Positions 58,607-63,937 of a DNA stretch of 63,937 nucleotides are shown here, one piece after another. The DNA is from an uncultured Chromatiales bacterium (GTDB lineage Bacteria; Pseudomonadota; Gammaproteobacteria; RBG-16-57-12): contig CAZKZP010000008.1 of NCBI GenBank assembly GCA_964557295.1, positions 22,897-86,833 on the forward strand, read 5' to 3'. The position numbers and the translations under genes are program-made. Each line of letters opens with the position of its first letter. Position 1 is the stretch's first letter. The notes beneath the pieces were generated by a model that was not told where the DNA came from, ran no database searches, and was given only the letters and a program-made list of their open reading frames with translations.

Positions 58607-61261
58607 TCACGCCAACCCCTTGGAGACTACCTCATAAACATCTTTCGAGATGCCCGGGGCATTGAGGATGCGTTCGAGTTGAGCCCTCATGCCCCGCTGG
58701 CGATCCTGATCGTACTTGCGCCACATGATCAGGGGATTCACCAGGCGTGAGGCGATCTGCGGATTGATCTCATTGAGCTGGATCACCTGCTCGGCCAAAA
58801 ACGCGTAGCCCGCCCCGTCCGGCTGGTGGAATTGCGCCGGATTGGACGAACAGAACACGCCGATCACCGAGCGCACCTTGTTCGGGTTGGTGATCTTGAA
58901 GGCTGGGTGCTGAATCAGTTTCCGCACCCGCGCCAGCGCGCCCGGCAACCTCGAGGCGGCCTGGATGCTGAACCATTTGTCGACCACCAGGGATTCCTTC
59001 TCCCACTTCCGGTAGAACTCGGCCAGCGCCGGCTCGGCCAGATCGGCGCGGGTGTTGACCAGCGCCGTCAGCGCGGCCAGGACATCGGTCATGTTATTCG
59101 CGTGGTGGAATTGCGCCTGACATTGGCGGATCATCGGATCATCCTCCCGTTCCATCAAATAGCCCAGCGCACAGTTCTTGAGGGCGCGGCGGCCGATGGC
59201 CTCGGGAGTGACCCGATACGGCCCGGAGTCGGCATTCGCCTGATACATGACGCGCCAAGCGTCTTCGAGATGCTGCGCGAGCTGCCGGCGGACAAACACC
59301 CGCGCCTGATGGATCGCCAGCGGATCGATCTCCGCCATGAACTCGCTCAGATAGGTCTCACCCGGCAGGGTCAAGGCCTGCGCCAGCATCGCCTTATCGC
59401 CCGATTCCGTGCCGACGAGTTGTGCCCACGCCTGGAGATAGGCGCGATCGAGTTGCAACTCCCGTCCGGCCCGAATGTCGTCCACCAGCCGCAGGAGGAT
59501 ACGCACCGAGAGTTGCTGACCGGCATCCCAGCGATTGAAATCATCCGTATCACGAGCCATCAAGAAGCTGAGCTGCTCATCATCCAGATCGATGTCGAGC
59601 TTGGCCGGGGCGGAAAAGCCGCGCAACATCGAAGGAATCGGCCGTTGCGGAATGCCGGTGAATTCGAACACCTCTTCGGCGCGCGTCAGCGCCAGCACAC
59701 GCGTGCCGTGAACGGCCTGCGCCTCACCTTGAAGCCGCAGCGGCAACTCCTTGCCATCGCGGCCCATCAGTCCCAGCGCGACCGGAATCTGCATCGGCTG
59801 TTTTTCCGGCTGCCCCGGCGTGGGCGGGCACGACTGCTTGATCGTCAAACGCAACACCTGTTGCGCCGGGAGATACTCCGTGCGCGCGGTCAACACCGGC
59901 GTGCCCGCCTGGCTGTACCACAGGCGAAACTGGGTCAGATCATATCCCGTGGCGTCCTCCATCGCCTGGACGAAATCCTCGGTGGTCACGGCTGCGCCAT
60001 CGTGGCGCGCAAAGTAGAGATCGCACCCCTTGCGGAAGCCCTCGGCCCCGAGCAGGTTGTGGATCATGCGAATGACCTCGGCCCCCTTCTCATACACCGT
60101 GGCGGTGTAGAAATTGTTGATCTCGACATAGGAATCCGGTCGGATCGGATGAGCCATGGGACCGGCGTCTTCCCGGAACTGATGGGTGCGCAGCATGTTC
60201 ACGTCCTGGATGCGCTTGACCCCGCGCGACTGCATGTCGGCGCTGAACTCCTGATCGCGGAAGACCGTGAATCCCTCCTTCAGGCTGAGCTGGAACCAGT
60301 CCCGGCAGGTCACCCGGTTGCCGGACCAGTTGTGGAAGTACTCATGCCCGATCACGCCCTCGATATTCTGATAATCCTGATCGGTGGCGGTCTCCGCCTT
60401 GGCCAGCACGTATTTGGAGTTGAAGATATTGAGGCCCTTGTTTTCCATCGCGCCCATGTTGAAATCGTCCACCGCGACGACCATGTAGCGTTGCAGATCG
60501 TATTCGCGCCCATAGACCTCCTCGTCCCAGCGCATCGCCCGGCGCAGGGATTCCAGGGCGAATGCGCACTGATCGAGGTTGTGCTCCTCGACATAAATGT
60601 AGAGCTCGATCCTGCGCCCCGACATCGTGACGAACTCGCCCTGGATCTGCGCCAGATCTCCGGCGACCAGCGCGAACAGATAACTGGGCTTGGGAAAGGG
60701 GTCTTCCCAGACCGCATAATGGGCGCCGCCGTCCCCCACCCCGGTCTCGATCAGATTGCCGTTGGCCAGCAGCACCGGAAACCGCGCCCGGTCGGCCACA
60801 ATCGTCGTGGTGAAACGCGCCATCACATCCGGCCGGTCGATGTAGTACGTCATGCGGCGGAAGCCCTCCGGCTCGCACTGCGTGCAGTAGATGCCGCCGG
60901 ATTTGTACAAGCCAGACAAGGCGGTGTTCTTCTCCGGTTCGACCCGCGTGACCACGCGCAACCTGAAGCGTTCCGGCACATTGAAGACGGTCAGTGTGGT
61001 CGCGGTCCCGAGGTAATCAGCTTCGCGGAGCGGCTGATCGTTGAGCGTGATCGAACAGAGCTCCAATTCTTCGCCATCCAGCACCAGATCGGGCTGACCT
61101 TCCGCCGCGGGATTGCGAGCCACTTCTAGGCGCGACTCGATTTCGCAATAATTTTGATGAAACTTAAATCGTAAATCGACTGTCTCAATCAAATACGGTG
61201 ACGGTCGATAATCATTGAGGAATACGGCGGAAGGAAGCGCCGGCGTGTTGTTGTCTGCCAT
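58607..61261 (-). CDS. pepN: Aminopeptidase N
   Basis: Start at ATG 61261 (MADNNTPALPSAVFLNDYRPSPY). GAMEN motif and HEYFHNWSGNRVTCRDWFQLSLKEG (HExxH-18-E) present. 884 aa. Confidence 0.95.
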   Translation of the reverse strand: MADNNTPALPSAVFLNDYRPSPYLIETVDLRFKFHQNYCEIESRLEVARNPAAEGQPDLVLDGEELELCSITLNDQPLREADYLGTATTLTVFNVPERFRLRVVTRVEPEKNTALSGLYKSGGIYCTQCEPEGFRRMTYYIDRPDVMARFTTTIVADRARFPVLLANGNLIETGVGDGGAHYAVWEDPFPKPSYLFALVAGDLAQIQGEFVTMSGRRIELYIYVEEHNLDQCAFALESLRRAMRWDEEVYGREYDLQRYMVVAVDDFNMGAMENKGLNIFNSKYVLAKAETATDQDYQNIEGVIGHEYFHNWSGNRVTCRDWFQLSLKEGFTVFRDQEFSADMQSRGVKRIQDVNMLRTHQFREDAGPMAHPIRPDSYVEINNFYTATVYEKGAEVIRMIHNLLGAEGFRKGCDLYFARHDGAAVTTEDFVQAMEDATGYDLTQFRLWYSQAGTPVLTARTEYLPAQQVLRLTIKQSCPPTPGQPEKQPMQIPVALGLMGRDGKELPLRLQGEAQAVHGTRVLALTRAEEVFEFTGIPQRPIPSMLRGFSAPAKLDIDLDDEQLSFLMARDTDDFNRWDAGQQLSVRILLRLVDDIRAGRELQLDRAYLQAWAQLVGTESGDKAMLAQALTLPGETYLSEFMAEIDPLAIHQARVFVRRQLAQHLEDAWRVMYQANADSGPYRVTPEAIGRRALKNCALGYLMEREDDPMIRQCQAQFHHANNMTDVLAALTALVNTRADLAEPALAEFYRKWEKESLVVDKWFSIQAASRLPGALARVRKLIQHPAFKITNPNKVRSVIGVFCSSNPAQFHQPDGAGYAFLAEQVIQLNEINPQIASRLVNPLIMWRKYDQDRQRGMRAQLERILNAPGISKDVYEVVSKGLA

Positions 61262-61460
61262 CGGATGATCCTGTACTTCGGTGTGTAAGAGATGATTGGG
61301 TAATAATCCCGGATTTTCCATTGCACCGTGTTGTGCGTTCCCAGTAGCTCGCCTATGGGAAATTCGGGATAATTATTGACTATACGCAACATAATACTCT
61401 AAGGTAAATTTCTCCATAACAATTAATATGATAATGTCTGGACTGTGCGACTTTCCGATA

Positions 61461-62801
61461 ATGAATTCTGTGGCGAATAGAAAAATCCTGACGGCAGCAT
61501 TGATAGGGCTTGCCCTGCTGCAACTTCCGGCGGCCGCTTGGGCCGAACTGAGCATGGAAGAAAAGACCATCGTTGAACAATGCGATGCCTGTCACTCCAC
61601 CGATCAAGAAGCCAAGGTCTTCGGCATCCCCTATCTCGCCGGACAATATCCCCAATACATCATCAAACAGATCGACGACTACAACACCAACCGGCGGCGC
61701 GGACACGAACAGGCGCCGTTTCCCAAGGGAATCTCCGATGAATCCTGGGATAATATCAGCCAGCGCCTGAGCCGCGTACTATACCTGCCTCGGATCCCGG
61801 AGCTGAACACCGAGCTGCTCACCCTGATGCGCAAGGGGGAACGCCTCTACACCAGCGGCGACGAAACCACCGGCGCCAAACAGTGCGTGCAATGCCATGG
61901 CGAAAAAGGCATGGGCCGCTCGAAGAACATCAGTCTGTTTCCCGTCTTGAAACATCAGGACAAAACCTATCTGATCAGCCAGCTCCAGAAATACCGCAAG
62001 GATGAGCGCACCAATGATCAGGTCTCCATGATGCGCGGGATCGCCAAGACATTGTCGGATGACGACATCCTCGCAGTCGCCACCTATCTGGCCTTTCTCC
62101 CGGAGCGCATGCCCGAGCCGATGGAAATCGCCGCGCCCCAAAAGGCCCCGGCGGCCAAATCACCGCGGCCGGAACCTCCCAAGAAGACACCGGAACCCAA
62201 GCCGGTCGTCGAAAAACCCGTTCAGACGCCCAAGGTGGTCGCGCAAGCCACGCCTGAGGCCAAGCCCACGGCAAAACCCGCCGCCCCGGTCGTGACCGAG
62301 GTGCCAAAGCCAACACCCAAGCCCCAGGAACCCGTCGCCAAAGCGGAAGCGCCTAAGACGGAACCCGCGAAACCCACTGAACCACCCAAGGCCGAGGCGC
62401 GGCCGCTGAAAATCGAAAGCGCACCCGCGATCAGCATCAGTACGCTGCCCGCCGAGCCACTAGTGGAAACCGCAGTGGAGGTGGTGGCGCCTAAGGCCAC
62501 CACCGCAGAATCAGAACCCCCGGCCAGCGCGCGTCAGACACCAGCGTCAAAGGCGGAGCAGATCAGCCGCGGCAAGAACATCGCAGTCGTATGCGAGGCA
62601 TGCCACGGCACGCAAGGCCGCAGCACCAATCCGAGCACGCCGAGGCTCGCCGGACAGCACGCCGGCTACATCGCCAAGCAGCTCAAGGACTTCAAGGCGG
62701 GCCGACGCTCCGATGCGGTGATGTCGAGCATGGCGGCATCCTTGTCCGATCAGGACATCAGAGACGTCGCGGAATATTTCGCGGCTCAGAAAAGATTTTG
62801 A
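61461..62801 (+). CDS. Tri-haem c-type cytochrome: c4-like di-haem N-terminal part, ~170-aa Pro/Ala/Lys-rich linker, third class I domain
   Basis: Start chosen at ATG 61461 (MNSVANRKILTAALIGLALLQLPAAAWA, a signal peptide). Three CxxCH motifs are present: CDACH, CVQCH and CEACH. Confidence 0.8.
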   Translation: MNSVANRKILTAALIGLALLQLPAAAWAELSMEEKTIVEQCDACHSTDQEAKVFGIPYLAGQYPQYIIKQIDDYNTNRRRGHEQAPFPKGISDESWDNISQRLSRVLYLPRIPELNTELLTLMRKGERLYTSGDETTGAKQCVQCHGEKGMGRSKNISLFPVLKHQDKTYLISQLQKYRKDERTNDQVSMMRGIAKTLSDDDILAVATYLAFLPERMPEPMEIAAPQKAPAAKSPRPEPPKKTPEPKPVVEKPVQTPKVVAQATPEAKPTAKPAAPVVTEVPKPTPKPQEPVAKAEAPKTEPAKPTEPPKAEARPLKIESAPAISISTLPAEPLVETAVEVVAPKATTAESEPPASARQTPASKAEQISRGKNIAVVCEACHGTQGRSTNPSTPRLAGQHAGYIAKQLKDFKAGRRSDAVMSSMAASLSDQDIRDVAEYFAAQKRF

Positions 62802-62837
62802 TACAAAGGGATTCCACCGCACAGGACCGCGCTATGC

Positions 62838-63887
62838 TCAGTCCGCGCTCAGGCCGTTTCGCTCAGGATCATAGAGCACATAGCGATTGCGCCCCTGCTC
62901 CTTCGCCTGGTAGAGGGCCTTGTCGGCCATTTCAACCACATCCAACGGCTCCAACTCATCCCTGGCGTTGACCATGGCCACCCCGATGCTGATGGTGACA
63001 TGATCAGCGGCGGCTGAGTGCGCGTGGGGGATATTCTCCTGCTCGACACTCCGGCGCATCTCCTCGGCGATGATCGCCGCGCCCGCCAGTTCCGTATCCG
63101 GCAATACCGCCACGAATTCCTCGCCTCCGTAACGCGCGAAGAAATCGCCCGGACGCTTGATGATCCTGCTGATCGCACGCGCCACCCGCCGCAGGCAGTC
63201 ATCCCCGCCCTGATGTCCGTAGCTGTCGTTGTATCTTTTGAAATAGTCGATGTCCAACAGGATGACGGATATGGCGGAATGATCGCGCGAGGCGCGCTTC
63301 CACTCCTGCTGCAACACCTCATCGAAATGCCGGCGGTTGGCGACGCCCGTGAGCCCATCGAGCACCGACAAGCGTTGCAGCACCGCGTTGCTTTCCTCGA
63401 GCTTGCGGCGCAACTCCTGCAGCGCCTTGAAGGCCTCATCGCGTTGCTTCTGCAAGAGATAGCTGCGGGAATGCGCGCGGATGCGCGCGATCAGCTCGAT
63501 TCGATCCGGCAGCTTCACGAGGTAATCATTCGCACCGTTGGTGAAGGCCTGGCTCTTGTCCATCGGGTCCTCGCGGCTGGACAAGACGATCACCGGCACA
63601 TTGGCCGTGGCGGGATTGTTGCGGTAGAAACGCAGCAGCGTATAACCATCGACATCCGGCATGATGAGATCCTGCAAGATGACGGTCGGCTGGATACGGC
63701 TAGCCGTCTGCACCGCCACGGCAGGATCGGCGCAATAATGAAACTCGATGTCCGACTCCGTGGCCAGCATGCGGCGAATGGCCTCGGCCACCATCTTCTG
63801 ATCATCGATCAGCAAGACGACCGTTTTCTGGTACTCGGCCAGTTCCTCGATCGGCCGGTTGTCTAGACCGCCGTCTTGATCACTCAT
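62838..63887 (-). CDS. Response-regulator diguanylate cyclase (REC-coiled coil-GGDEF, WspR/PleD-like)
   Basis: 349 aa with a canonical receiver (LLIDDQ, LQDLIMPDVDG, VLSS, DYLVKLP). GGEEF with an RxxD I-site (RPGD-FFARY-GGEEF). SD GAGAGG lies upstream of the ATG. Confidence 0.9.
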   Translation of the reverse strand: MSDQDGGLDNRPIEELAEYQKTVVLLIDDQKMVAEAIRRMLATESDIEFHYCADPAVAVQTASRIQPTVILQDLIMPDVDGYTLLRFYRNNPATANVPVIVLSSREDPMDKSQAFTNGANDYLVKLPDRIELIARIRAHSRSYLLQKQRDEAFKALQELRRKLEESNAVLQRLSVLDGLTGVANRRHFDEVLQQEWKRASRDHSAISVILLDIDYFKRYNDSYGHQGGDDCLRRVARAISRIIKRPGDFFARYGGEEFVAVLPDTELAGAAIIAEEMRRSVEQENIPHAHSAAADHVTISIGVAMVNARDELEPLDVVEMADKALYQAKEQGRNRYVLYDPERNGLSAD

Positions 63888-63900
63888 CGCCTCTCACCAT

Positions 63901-63937
63901 GTCACTTTGTCTGCGGTTCATGCGCAGACAAAGTGAC
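63901..63937. promoter_or_regulatory. Perfect 15-bp inverted repeat just upstream of the WspR-like gene, at the window edge
   Basis: GTCACTTTGTCTGCG-gttcatg-CGCAGACAAAGTGAC. The repeat is separated from the start codon by 13 nt that contain the SD. Confidence 0.6.

Noticed and set aside
58826-61129. 767-aa plus-strand ORF
   Set aside because: It is antisense to pepN, which carries GAMEN and HExxH-18-E.
62100-62500. Possible tandem DNA repeat or CRISPR-like periodicity in the Pro/Ala/Lys-coding stretch of the cytochrome gene
   Set aside because: This is low-complexity coding sequence only. No exact direct repeats with regular spacers are present, and the reading frame is continuous between haem domains.

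Overview
This window is gammaproteobacterial chromosome. Its housekeeping blocks follow Pseudomonas-type gene order: der-bamB-yfgM-hisS-ispG-rodZ-pilW-rlmN-ndk-iscX-fdx-hscA-hscB-iscA-iscU-iscS-iscR-cysE-trmJ | suhB, then mutS-fdxA, then dnaQ-rnhA-methyltransferase | gloB-mltD. The left ~20.6 kb looks accessory and lower in GC (my hand counts on single 60-nt lines give ~47-53%, against ~60-68% in the isc and mutS regions). It carries a type VI secretion core locus: tagH-tssJ-tssK on the minus strand (tssK runs off the left edge), diverging from tssA-tssB-tssC-tssC'-tssE-tssF-tssG-lipoprotein-clpV. No hcp, vgrG or PAAR gene is present. The hcp slot holds a second tssC paralogue. The slot after clpV holds a translationally coupled four-gene module of exported TPR proteins that I cannot assign to any named system, and this is my best candidate for something undescribed. 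An orphan 751-aa GspE/PilB-family ATPase converges on that module. It has an unassigned ~190-aa N-terminal extension and an MshEN-like motif. Other notable items are: a second cysteine desulfurase inside the isc operon; a PilT/PilU-like ATPase 3 nt from a rhodanese; a ~130-170-bp hairpin-rich MITE/REP-like repeat in 2 full copies plus 1 partial copy, with compensatory stem changes; REP-type palindromes between fdxA and dnaQ; a minus-strand operon of VWA membrane protein, acidic coiled-coil membrane protein and glutaminyl cyclase; two REC-GGDEF genes, one with a degenerate receiver; a tri-haem cytochrome c with a long Pro/Ala/Lys linker; and a perfect 15-bp palindrome at the right edge. I saw no rRNA, tRNA, CRISPR array, transposase or integrase. 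Product calls rest on motifs I recognise by eye and on synteny; no database search was run.
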